DNA of 64,000 nucleotides from an uncultured Planctomycetales bacterium (GTDB lineage: Bacteria; Omnitrophota; Gorgyraeia; Zapsychrales; CAYRXT01), in assembly GCA_964428315.1 (NCBI GenBank), contig CAYRXT010000002.1, positions 6,859 through 70,858 on the forward strand. Direction: 5' to 3'. Position 1 is the first letter of the stretch, and every line of letters begins with the position of its first letter. The notes beneath the pieces are model-generated. The model searched no databases. It was not told the DNA's origin and saw only the letters and a program-made list of their open reading frames with translations. Positions 55,883-64,000 of this stretch are shown here, piece after piece. The translations under genes and the position numbers were made by a program.

Positions 55883-57285
55883 TGGGCCTCAGGATCACCA
55901 ATTCCCTGAGCCGGAAAAAAGAAGAGTTCATCCCACTCAAGGACAAGATTGTCAACATGTATACCTGCGGCGTGACGGCGTACGACAAATGCCATATCGG
56001 ACACGCGCGCAGCCTTTATATCTTTGACGTGATGCGACGGTATCTGGCCTTTCGGGGTTATACGGTCAATTTTGTACGAAACATCACGGATGTGGATGAC
56101 AAGATTATCAGCAAGGCCAGGGAATTGAAGGTGTCAAGCCGCCGGGTGGCCGAGGACAACATCCGTCTTTATGAGAAGGACCTGAAGGACCTCGGCATTG
56201 CCGCGGCTGACAAGGAACCCAGGGCCACCGAGAACATCCCGGCCATCATCCAGGCCGTTCAGGCGCTGGTGGAGAAGGATATGGCTTACGAAAGGGAGGG
56301 CGATGTCTATTTCCGGGTGCGCCGTTTCAAAGACTACGGCAGATTGTCCGGACAGAGTATCGAGAACATCATGGAGGCCGTGCGGATCGAGAAAGATGAA
56401 AAGAAAGAAGACCCTCTGGATTTCGCACTCTGGAAGAAGTCCCGGGAGGATGAGCCAAGCTGGGAAAGCCCCTGGGGCGGCGGAAGACCGGGGTGGCATA
56501 TCGAATGTTCAGTGATGAGCCTCGAACATCTGAAGTGCAAGACCCTGGACATTCACGCGGGTGGCCGCGACCTGATCTTTCCCCATCACGAGAACGAGAT
56601 CGCCCAGGCCGAGGCGTTGACGGGCGCCCCTTTTGCCAGGTACTGGGTCCACAACGGCCTTCTGACCATTAACGGTCAGAAGATGGCCAAATCCCTGGGG
56701 AATTATATCACCATCCAGGAAGCCCTGGACCGTTTTCACGTGGACGACCTGAAGATATTTTTTCTCTCGTCGCATTATGCCAGCCCGATCGATTTTTCCG
56801 AGCCCAAAATGGAAGAGGCGCATAAGATGATGCAGCGGTTCGACGTCCTGTTCTGGAAGGCCTCGGAGATCATCCAGGAGAAAGAACTGATCCCCGAAAC
56901 GGCGGACTTTATCCAAAAGGCCAAAGCCGGTTTTATCGAGGCCTTGGACGATGATTTCAATACGCCGCAGGCCCTGGCCTGTCTTTTTTGCCTCGTGAAT
57001 GACACCAACAAATTTATCGATGAGCGGAAAGACACCGAGCAGTACGCCGCCGTCGTCTATTGCGCCGTCGATACCCTTGAGGCGCTGGCCGGAAAGATCT
57101 TCGGTTTTTTCCGCAAGGAGCCTCAAAGGGAACTGAAAGACGAGGAACGCGCCTTGCTGGAGGAGCGCGCGCAGGCGCGGGTCCGCAAGGACTTCAGCCG
57201 TTCGGACGAACTGCGGGCGCTATTGCGCGAGAGAGATATCATCGTTGAAGACACCCCGCGGGGGCAGACATGGCGGTGGGCGTGA
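55879..57285 (+). CDS. cysS: Cysteine--tRNA ligase
   Basis: YTCGVT.Y...[42 protein letters not shown]. Confidence 0.97.
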   Translation: MMGLRITNSLSRKKEEFIPLKDKIVNMYTCGVTAYDKCHIGHARSLYIFDVMRRYLAFRGYTVNFVRNITDVDDKIISKARELKVSSRRVAEDNIRLYEKDLKDLGIAAADKEPRATENIPAIIQAVQALVEKDMAYEREGDVYFRVRRFKDYGRLSGQSIENIMEAVRIEKDEKKEDPLDFALWKKSREDEPSWESPWGGGRPGWHIECSVMSLEHLKCKTLDIHAGGRDLIFPHHENEIAQAEALTGAPFARYWVHNGLLTINGQKMAKSLGNYITIQEALDRFHVDDLKIFFLSSHYASPIDFSEPKMEEAHKMMQRFDVLFWKASEIIQEKELIPETADFIQKAKAGFIEALDDDFNTPQALACLFCLVNDTNKFIDERKDTEQYAAVVYCAVDTLEALAGKIFGFFRKEPQRELKDEERALLEERAQARVRKDFSRSDELRALLRERDIIVEDTPRGQTWRWA

Positions 57286-57899
57286 AGGGCAGGTTTATCA
57301 CCTTTGAGGGATTCGAGGGCTCGGGCAAGAGCACGCAGGCCCGTCTGCTCTGCCGTTATCTGAGCGAGAAGAAACACGACGTTTTACATATCCGCGAACC
57401 GGGCGGTGTGGGGATATCCGAACAGATCCGCGGCATCCTGCTGGATGTCAATAACAGACACATGGCCTCCACCTGCGAGACACTCCTTTATATGGCTGCC
57501 CGCGCGCAACTGGTTAGCGAGAAGATCATCCCGGCCTTAGAGAAGGGCATTACCGTCGTCTGCGACCGGTTCCTGGACTCCACCGTGGCCTATCAGGGAT
57601 ACGGATGCGGAGTGGACATCCCCACAATTAAACGGATAGGGCGCTTCATAACGCGAGGGGTCAGGCCTGACGTCACGTTTCTTATCGATATCAATGTAAA
57701 CGAAGGACTGAGGAGGACGGGATGCGTCAAGGACCGCATCGAACAGCGTTCCCTGACCTATCACAACCGGGTCCGGCGGGGTTATCTGGATATGAGCAAG
57801 AAAGAGCCGCGCCGCATTATTCTGATCGACGGACGCTCGGACAAAGACGCGATACAGAGCAAGATCCGGGATATTCTGCACAGAAAATGGAAGTTTTGA
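57270..57899 (+). CDS. tmk: Thymidylate kinase
   Basis: FITFEG.EGSGKSTQ, REPGG, CDRF.DST.AYQG. Confidence 0.96.
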   Translation: MAVGVKGRFITFEGFEGSGKSTQARLLCRYLSEKKHDVLHIREPGGVGISEQIRGILLDVNNRHMASTCETLLYMAARAQLVSEKIIPALEKGITVVCDRFLDSTVAYQGYGCGVDIPTIKRIGRFITRGVRPDVTFLIDINVNEGLRRTGCVKDRIEQRSLTYHNRVRRGYLDMSKKEPRRIILIDGRSDKDAIQSKIRDILHRKWKF

Positions 57900-58864
57900 G
57901 CGCGCAAACACCGAAAAGTGAACGCCGGGTCTTGGATTGTTTCCGGGCCTTTGTCCGCAGCGGCCGGCTGGCCCACGCGTATCTCTTTGTGGGTCCGCCG
58001 GGCACCGGAAAGATGGCCGCCGCTCTGGCCGTGGCCAAGATGGTCAATTGTGATGAGACGGGGGGCGAAGGGTATTGCGGGAAGTGTCCGTCCTGCCGGA
58101 AGATCGAGAAGGGCGGACATCCGGACGTCCATGTGATCGCCGACGAAGAGGCCGCTTCCATCAAGATCGAGCGGGTGCGCGCGGTCAATGCCGTGGTCCA
58201 GTTGAAGGCCTATGAGGCCCGCACCAAGACGGTCATTGTCAAGGATATCGACAAGCTGACCCCCGAGGCGGCCAATGCCTTTTTGAAAACGCTGGAAGAA
58301 CCGGCCGCGGATACGCTTTTTTTGCTGACGACCTCTTCGCTTGCCAAGAATCTGGAAACCATCTGTTCGCGCTGTCAGATCATGCGCTTCCCTCCGCTGG
58401 TCCCCAACGAGATCAGGGAGCGCCTGCTTTCAAAGGACCCCGGAGAAGGACAAGCGGCCCGCTTTCTTTCCCGTTATTCCGAAGGTTGCTGGGGCGAGGC
58501 GCAGCGGCTGTCCCGGGCGAAATTCTTTAAGGAAAAAAACAGGATTATCGACGCCCTCGTCCTTGGGGGATGCGATGGGGCCGCTTTCAAAAAGCTCCTT
58601 TCGGACAAGGAGAAGGTCAAGTCCAGTCTCCAGGTCCTCTTGACGTGGTTCCGGGATGTTATACTTGTTAAGGCCGACACTGGCGAAAAACATCTTGTCC
58701 ACGGCGACCGGCTCCAGGATTTGAAGGGGGAGGCCGGCCGATTTTCCTTCAGCGAGCTTTACCAGCTGATCGCGGATATCGTCGAGACTAAAAAGATGCT
58801 GGATGAGAATTTGAACGTCAAATTGCCGATGACATTGCTTAAAGACAGGATGCACCGGCTCTGA
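57887..58864 (+). CDS. holB: DNA polymerase III subunit delta'
   Basis: HAYLF.GP.G.GK, CGKCPSC, HPD, AANAFLKTLEEP, TI.SRC; follows tmk. Confidence 0.92.
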   Translation: MEVLSAQTPKSERRVLDCFRAFVRSGRLAHAYLFVGPPGTGKMAAALAVAKMVNCDETGGEGYCGKCPSCRKIEKGGHPDVHVIADEEAASIKIERVRAVNAVVQLKAYEARTKTVIVKDIDKLTPEAANAFLKTLEEPAADTLFLLTTSSLAKNLETICSRCQIMRFPPLVPNEIRERLLSKDPGEGQAARFLSRYSEGCWGEAQRLSRAKFFKEKNRIIDALVLGGCDGAAFKKLLSDKEKVKSSLQVLLTWFRDVILVKADTGEKHLVHGDRLQDLKGEAGRFSFSELYQLIADIVETKKMLDENLNVKLPMTLLKDRMHRL

Positions 58865-58927
58865 AGCGCGAAACGGGAACATACTGTCATTGGTCCCCTC
58901 GGGGAGAGAACATACAGGGAGTCCATT

Positions 58928-59722
58928 ATGCCCAAGGTCATTGAAGTCAAGCTGGGAGAGCACCGGCCGGTCCAGTATTTCCGCCTCCGGGAAGAGATCG
59001 CCTGCGACCGCGGCGACTGTGTCATCCTGAAGGTGGAACGGGGAACGGAATACGGTTACGTGGTCACCAACATGCAATCGTCCTGCCGGGAGAAACAAGA
59101 AGAGGCGGCAGGGGAAGTTGTGCGCCGGGCGCAGGAGGAGGACCGGAAGGCGATCGAGACCAACAGGCAGCGCGCCCAGGAGGCGATCGATACCTGTCTG
59201 AAGAAGGTCAATGAAAGAAAGCTGGACATGCAGATCGTGGACGCCGAGTACTCGTTTGACGGGAGCAAAGTTATCTTCTTTTTTACCGCCGAAGGACGCA
59301 TTGATTTCCGCGCCCTCGTTAAAGACCTGGCGAGAATCTTTAAGATCCGCATCGAGCTCAAACAGATCGGCGTGCGCGACAAGGCCAAGATTGTGGGCGG
59401 ATTCGGCGTCTGCGGACGCGCATTGTGCTGTTCTTCGTACATGAAGGGCTTCCATCCTCTTTCCATCAAGATGCCGAAAGAGCAGAACCTGCCGCTCAAT
59501 CCTTCGCGTATTTCCGGCATATGCGGCCGCATCAAGTGCTGCATGGCCTATGAATTCCAGGTCTATAAACAATACGCCAAAAATCTTCCGCGGACGGGTG
59601 ACCGCGTCACGACCCCGCAGGGGGCGGGGCGGGTCTTCGATGTCAATATCCTTTCGCGTTGCGTCCGCGTGGACCTCGGAGAAGGCAAAGTGACGAAGGT
59701 GACGTATGGCCGGGAAGAATAA
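58928..59722 (+). CDS. PSP1-domain protein (YaaT/RicT)
   Basis: FTAEGRIDFR.LVKDLA, RIEL.QIGVRD, CGR.LCC, ISG.CGR..CC..YE. Confidence 0.93.
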   Translation: MPKVIEVKLGEHRPVQYFRLREEIACDRGDCVILKVERGTEYGYVVTNMQSSCREKQEEAAGEVVRRAQEEDRKAIETNRQRAQEAIDTCLKKVNERKLDMQIVDAEYSFDGSKVIFFFTAEGRIDFRALVKDLARIFKIRIELKQIGVRDKAKIVGGFGVCGRALCCSSYMKGFHPLSIKMPKEQNLPLNPSRISGICGRIKCCMAYEFQVYKQYAKNLPRTGDRVTTPQGAGRVFDVNILSRCVRVDLGEGKVTKVTYGREE

Positions 59723-61220
59723 GACCTTTTATGTGACCACGCCGATTTATTATGTGAACGATAAACCGCATATCGGCCACGCCTATACGACGATCCTCGC
59801 GGATGTGCTCGCGCGGTATCACCGCACCGCCGGCGAGGAGGTCTTTTTCCTGACGGGCCTGGACGAACACGGCCAGAAGGTCCAGCAGGCCGCCGAAAAA
59901 AGGGGTTTAAAACCCCAGGCGCACTGCGACGAACTGGCGCCGAGATTTATTCAGCTCTGGGAAAGACTGCATATCCGCTGCGACGATTTTATCCGGACCA
60001 CCCAAAAGCGTCATTGGGAGGTTGTGCAGGCAGCCCTGCAGGCGGTCTATGACAAGGGTGATGTCTACGCCGACGAATATGAAGGTTGGTATTCTGTCGC
60101 GGAAGAGCGTTTCATAACCGAGACGGAGAAACAGTCGGGCCTTTTCCGTGACCTGAAAAAACTCAAAGAGCGGAACTGGTTTTTCAGGATGGGCAAATAC
60201 CGGCAGCAGCTCATTGCCTATATCGGCGAAAACCCGGATTTTATCCAGCCGGAACACCGGCGCAACGAGATCATGGGCTTCTTGCGTCAGCCTTTGGGTG
60301 ATCTGTGCATCTCCCGGCCCAAATCGCGCATGGGCTGGGGGATCGAACTGCCGTTCGACAAGGACTATGTGACCTATGTGTGGTTCGACGCCCTGCTCAA
60401 TTACGTGACGGCCCCGGGGTATCTTTCCGATGATGCGAAATTCCGCAAATGGTGGCCGGCCGACGTTCACCTTATCGGAAAGGATATCCTGATGACTCAC
60501 GCGGTGTACTGGCCGACCATGCTCTTTTCGCTGGGCCTGCCCCTGCCGCGCACTATTTTCGCCCACGGCTGGTGGCTTACGGGCGAGACGAAGATGAGCA
60601 AGTCCCTGGGCAATATTGTTAATCCCCTGGAGCTGATCAACCTCTACGATGAGGACGCGGTCCGTTACTATCTTATGCGGGAGATGGTCCTGGGCCAGGA
60701 CGCCAATTTTACCATGGAATCGTTTATCAAGCGTTTCAACAGCGACCTGGCCAACGATTTCGGCAACCTGCTTAACCGGGTCAGCGGTCTGATCGGGAAA
60801 TACTTCGAGGCCAGCATTCCGGAGCCCGGGGGGGATACGCCGGGGGAGACGAAGATCAAAGAGGAGGCAGAGGCCTTGCCGGCTAAGGTCGAGGGCCTTG
60901 TCAACCGGCACCACATCAACGATGCGATTGAAGAGACGATGCGGCTGGTCCGGATGGTCAACAAGTACATGGAATCCCAGGCCCCCTGGAAGGTCGTCAA
61001 AACCGATCATCCCGCGGCCGGGCGTATTCTGTATACCGCGACAGAGGCCCTGCGTCTCGCCTCCGTGCTCTTGCACCCCGTCATGCCGCGCAAGACCGAA
61101 ACGGTCCTGGACATCCTTGGGGCAAAAGGCTCAGGACTGGGTTGGGGGGAACTGAAGCCCGGCACAAAGCTTAAAACCCATCAGGCGATATTCCCGCGCC
61201 TGGAAACAAACAAGACATAA
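59706..61220 (+). CDS. metG: Methionine--tRNA ligase (short form)
   Basis: TTPIYYVN..PHIGHAY, TG.DEHG, YVWFDAL, GKDI..THAVYWP, KMSKS. Confidence 0.96.
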   Translation: MAGKNKTFYVTTPIYYVNDKPHIGHAYTTILADVLARYHRTAGEEVFFLTGLDEHGQKVQQAAEKRGLKPQAHCDELAPRFIQLWERLHIRCDDFIRTTQKRHWEVVQAALQAVYDKGDVYADEYEGWYSVAEERFITETEKQSGLFRDLKKLKERNWFFRMGKYRQQLIAYIGENPDFIQPEHRRNEIMGFLRQPLGDLCISRPKSRMGWGIELPFDKDYVTYVWFDALLNYVTAPGYLSDDAKFRKWWPADVHLIGKDILMTHAVYWPTMLFSLGLPLPRTIFAHGWWLTGETKMSKSLGNIVNPLELINLYDEDAVRYYLMREMVLGQDANFTMESFIKRFNSDLANDFGNLLNRVSGLIGKYFEASIPEPGGDTPGETKIKEEAEALPAKVEGLVNRHHINDAIEETMRLVRMVNKYMESQAPWKVVKTDHPAAGRILYTATEALRLASVLLHPVMPRKTETVLDILGAKGSGLGWGELKPGTKLKTHQAIFPRLETNKT

Positions 61221-61243
61221 ACCCCGCAATCCCTTGTTCGACT

Positions 61244-62284
61244 ATGGCCGTAAAGACCATAACATGGACAGGACACAGCGTCAGGATCATCGACCAACGA
61301 AGACTGCCCGGGCGCCTGGTTTACATTCATTGCCGTGATATGGCCACCCTCTGGCGGGCGATAAAGAACCTGAGTGTCCGCGGCGCTCCGGCGCTGGGGG
61401 CCGCGGCGGCCTTTGGTGTCCTGCTTTCTTCCCACAAGTCCGTTGCCAGGGACCGTGGGACATTCACAAAGGATATCGAGAAGGCCTGCCGGTACCTGGC
61501 AACGGCCCGTCCGACGGCGGTCAACCTCTTCCACGCCCTTAAGAGGATGTCCCGTGTTTTAAGCCGATATCCCCACGCGGAAGTTGAAGAGCTTAAAAAG
61601 TTCATAAAAAAGGAGGCCTTGGCGGTCTATGAGGAGGACCGGAAAACCTGCCGGGCGATCGGTCGAAACGGGGCCGCGCTCATCAAAAAGGGGAGTCGAA
61701 TTTTGACAGTGTGCAATGCCGGGGCTCTGGCCACGGTGGATTTCGGGACGGCCCTCGGCGTTTTTTATTCGGCGAAAAGACAGAAGAAGACATTCAGGGT
61801 CTACGCCTGTGAATCCAGACCGCTTCTGCAGGGCGCGCGTCTGACGGTATGGGAACTTATGCGTGAACATATCCCCACGACCCTGATCTGTGATAACATG
61901 GCGGCGGCCCTCATGCGCCAGGAAAAGATCGATATGGTGATCACAGGCGCGGACCGCATCGCGGCTAATGGCGACACGGCCAATAAAATAGGAACGTATA
62001 ATCTTGCCGTGCTGGCGCGTTATCACGGGATCCCCTTTTACGTCGCGGCCCCCTTTTCGACGTTTGATCTGAAGATTAAGACCGGGAAGGCCATCCCGAT
62101 TGAACAAAGAAGTAAAGAAGAGGTTATCCGTTTCGCGGGCCGGACGACTACCGTCCCCGGGGTGGATGTCTGCAACCCGGCCTTTGATGTGACGAACGCG
62201 CGGCTTATTACCGGTTTTATAACGGAAAAGGCCATCATCAGGCCGCCATTCAGAAGCCATATCCGCAAGGCCGTCCAGCCATGA
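61244..62284 (+). CDS. mtnA: Methylthioribose-1-phosphate isomerase
   Basis: IDQRRLP, VRGAPA, RPTAVNL, CNAGALAT, ESRP.LQG.RLT, GADRIA.NGD.ANKIGT. Confidence 0.94.
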   Translation: MAVKTITWTGHSVRIIDQRRLPGRLVYIHCRDMATLWRAIKNLSVRGAPALGAAAAFGVLLSSHKSVARDRGTFTKDIEKACRYLATARPTAVNLFHALKRMSRVLSRYPHAEVEELKKFIKKEALAVYEEDRKTCRAIGRNGAALIKKGSRILTVCNAGALATVDFGTALGVFYSAKRQKKTFRVYACESRPLLQGARLTVWELMREHIPTTLICDNMAAALMRQEKIDMVITGADRIAANGDTANKIGTYNLAVLARYHGIPFYVAAPFSTFDLKIKTGKAIPIEQRSKEEVIRFAGRTTTVPGVDVCNPAFDVTNARLITGFITEKAIIRPPFRSHIRKAVQP

Positions 62285-63198
62285 CACCACCTGGAAGAGT
62301 TTCAAATACCAATAAAGAAGGCGACATGATCCGCGCCGTTGCCGCGATGGCCCGTCAGGACACGTGCGTTTTGGGTATCGGCGATGACGCGGCGGTCTTG
62401 AAACACCCTTCTTCCCGGGATTATCTGCTTTTCACGACGGATATGCTGGCGGAGGACGTGCATTTCCGGCGCGGTGACAGCCCGGACGCCGTCGGCCATA
62501 AGTCTCTGGCCTGTAACATTAGCGATATCGCGGCCATGGGAGGCCTTCCACAGGCCGCCGTCGTTTCTCTCGCCCTGCCCGGTGATGTCCGCAGGAACTA
62601 TGTCCGTGGTGTGTACCGGGGGATGAACCGCCTGGCGCGTCATTTTGGGGTGGACGTCTGCGGAGGCGACATTATCAGGAACGACAAGATCGTCATCAAC
62701 GTGGCCCTGATCGGGCGTGTGCGGCGGGAACGCTGGATCACGCGCGGCGGGGCATGCCCGGGTGATTTTTTGTTTGTCAGCGGCCCTTTGGGGGGGAGTG
62801 TCAAGACAGGAAGGCATTTGCGTTTCCTTCCCCGTGTCCATGAGGCCAGGTATCTTGCCCGCTATTACAGGCCTTCGGCGATGATTGATGTGTCCGACGG
62901 ATTAAGCACCGACCTCCATCATATCCTGGCCGCCAGCGGGTGCGGTGCCGTTGTCTATGAGACCTTGATCCCTCGCCGGGGCGGCGCGGCACTGCGTCAG
63001 GCCCTTAACGAGGGAGAGGATTACGAGCTGCTCTTTGCGCTGCCCCGGGACAAGGCCGAGAGAATTATGCGCAGGCGAAGACTGCCCGTCACAGTCTATT
63101 GCATCGGGCAGACGATTGCCCCTAAGGGGAAATGTCTTCTGGTCACAAAGGACAGGCGTGTGCGGCGCCTCAAGCCGGAGGGGTTCACCCACCTTTAA
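62281..63198 (+). CDS. thiL: Thiamine-monophosphate kinase
   Basis: GIGDDAA, TTDML...VHF, N.SD.AAMG, GGD, IDVSDGL, GEDYEL. Confidence 0.94.
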   Translation: MTPPGRVSNTNKEGDMIRAVAAMARQDTCVLGIGDDAAVLKHPSSRDYLLFTTDMLAEDVHFRRGDSPDAVGHKSLACNISDIAAMGGLPQAAVVSLALPGDVRRNYVRGVYRGMNRLARHFGVDVCGGDIIRNDKIVINVALIGRVRRERWITRGGACPGDFLFVSGPLGGSVKTGRHLRFLPRVHEARYLARYYRPSAMIDVSDGLSTDLHHILAASGCGAVVYETLIPRRGGAALRQALNEGEDYELLFALPRDKAERIMRRRRLPVTVYCIGQTIAPKGKCLLVTKDRRVRRLKPEGFTHL

Positions 63199-63204
63199 TG
63201 CCCT

Positions 63205-63666
63205 ATGTCCCGCAGACAGCATCTCTCCCGCAACGAAGAAGAAACCATGAACCTGGCAGGACGGATGGCGGCCTTTCTCAAGGCGGGTGATATCCTGTGT
63301 CTTATCGGTGAACTGGGAAGCGGCAAGACGGTCTTTACAAAGGGTCTGGCCCGCGGACTGCGGATCGCGCCCCGCAAGGTCCATTCCCCGACGTTTATCC
63401 TGATGAACATGTATGAAGGCCTGATCCCCCTTTATCATTTCGACCTCTACCGATTGGATGAGGAAAATGAACTGGCCCTGATCGGTTATGAAGAATTTTT
63501 CTACGGTGAAGGCGTGGCCGTGATCGAATGGGCTGATAAACTTAAAAGCCTGAGGCCGAAAAGATTTCTGGAGGTGCGGATTCGGAGCAGGAAGGCACAA
63601 GAGAGGTTGTTCACGTTTGTCCCCCATGGAAAAAGATACAGGGAGCTCCTGGATGAAATCGGGTAA
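63205..63666 (+). CDS. tsaE: tRNA t6A biosynthesis ATPase TsaE
   Basis: GELGSGKT, SPTF, HFDLYRL, IEWA. Confidence 0.95.
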   Translation: MSRRQHLSRNEEETMNLAGRMAAFLKAGDILCLIGELGSGKTVFTKGLARGLRIAPRKVHSPTFILMNMYEGLIPLYHFDLYRLDEENELALIGYEEFFYGEGVAVIEWADKLKSLRPKRFLEVRIRSRKAQERLFTFVPHGKRYRELLDEIG

Positions 63667-64000
63667 AAGGCTTTTGTCTATCGAGTGTTCGAGCCACACC
63701 TTCAGCCTGGCCGTCACTGAAGGAGAGGAGACAGCCGCCTCACGGGAACTGGTTCTGAACAAGGTCCTGTCTTCGTCGATCATCCCGCAGATCGACAGGA
63801 TACTCGCAAGGTCGCGGTTCAGACTGCAGGATATGGACGCCCTCGCCGTCGGCCTGGGGCCGGGCTCCTTCACCAGTCTCCGTGTCGGTCTGGCCACGGC
63901 CAAGGGCCTGGCCCTGGCAACCAACAAGCCCGTCGTGGGGGTCGCGTCGCTTGACGTATTGGCCATGAACGCGGCGGCGGAGAAGAGAACCGTCTGCTGT
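63653..64000 (+). CDS. tsaB: tRNA t6A biosynthesis protein TsaB, 3' truncated by window edge
   Basis: MKSGKRLLSIECSS...AVGLGPGSFTSLRVGLATAKGLA; not in the ORF track. Confidence 0.93.
   Translation, partial: MKSGKRLLSIECSSHTFSLAVTEGEETAASRELVLNKVLSSSIIPQIDRILARSRFRLQDMDALAVGLGPGSFTSLRVGLATAKGLALATNKPVVGVASLDVLAMNAAAEKRTVCC

Noticed and set aside
186-63966. Many long antisense and alternate-frame ORFs (e.g. 186-1490, 17730-18980, 48094-49668, 52812-54053, 59907-61076)
   Set aside because: They shadow well-supported + strand genes, carry no recognisable motifs, and are expected in GC-rich coding DNA
1-64000. CRISPR array, prophage, intact IS, intein, retron or defence island
   Set aside because: No repeat-spacer periodicity and no cas, integrase, transposase, reverse transcriptase or phage genes recognised; dnaB and radA are normal length

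Overview
GC-rich bacterial chromosomal segment, almost entirely coding and almost entirely on the + strand (only a SurA/PpiD-like gene is on -). Positions 1-22.4 kb are a mixed region: hybrid PAS histidine kinase + Hpt, azoreductase, aminotransferase, dCMP deaminase, GH5, RNA-modification enzymes, ABC-F, HhH-GPD glycosylase, a tri-domain acyl-ACP synthetase/ACP/acyltransferase, an orphan PilB/GspE ATPase, RmuC, PgeF, CutA, TlpA and PncB. Positions 25-64 kb are core housekeeping: hisG-bS22-TPR-ispE-spoVG-tRNA-Gln-glmU-prs-rplY-pth-rpsF-ssb-rpsR-rplI-dnaB; bamA-skp-lpxD-lpxC/fabZ-lpxA-lpxI; lysS-lolC/E-lolD-ilvE-mcsA-mcsB-clpC-(AsmA/TamB-like)-radA-yacL-ispD-ispF-cysE-cysS-tmk-holB-yaaT-metG-mtnA-thiL-tsaE-tsaB. 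An LPS-making diderm with Bacillus-like gene order, an LpxC-FabZ fusion and a Zn-ribbon SpoVG suggests a PVC-superphylum organism such as Ca. Omnitrophota (inference only). I found no CRISPR array, prophage, intact transposase or defence island, and no clear multi-gene novel system. The best leads are small-scale: a 26-bp palindromic inverted repeat pair that brackets the glycosylase gene and overwrites its 4th Fe-S cysteine; an IS200/IS605-like hairpin remnant; a leaderless bamA; a catalytically dead CE4 deacetylase sharing a -35 element with a divergent chaperone gene; a membrane-anchored CysE; an SSB without the DIPF tail; and two small ORFs missed by the ORF track. All product calls come from motifs recognised by eye, not database searches.
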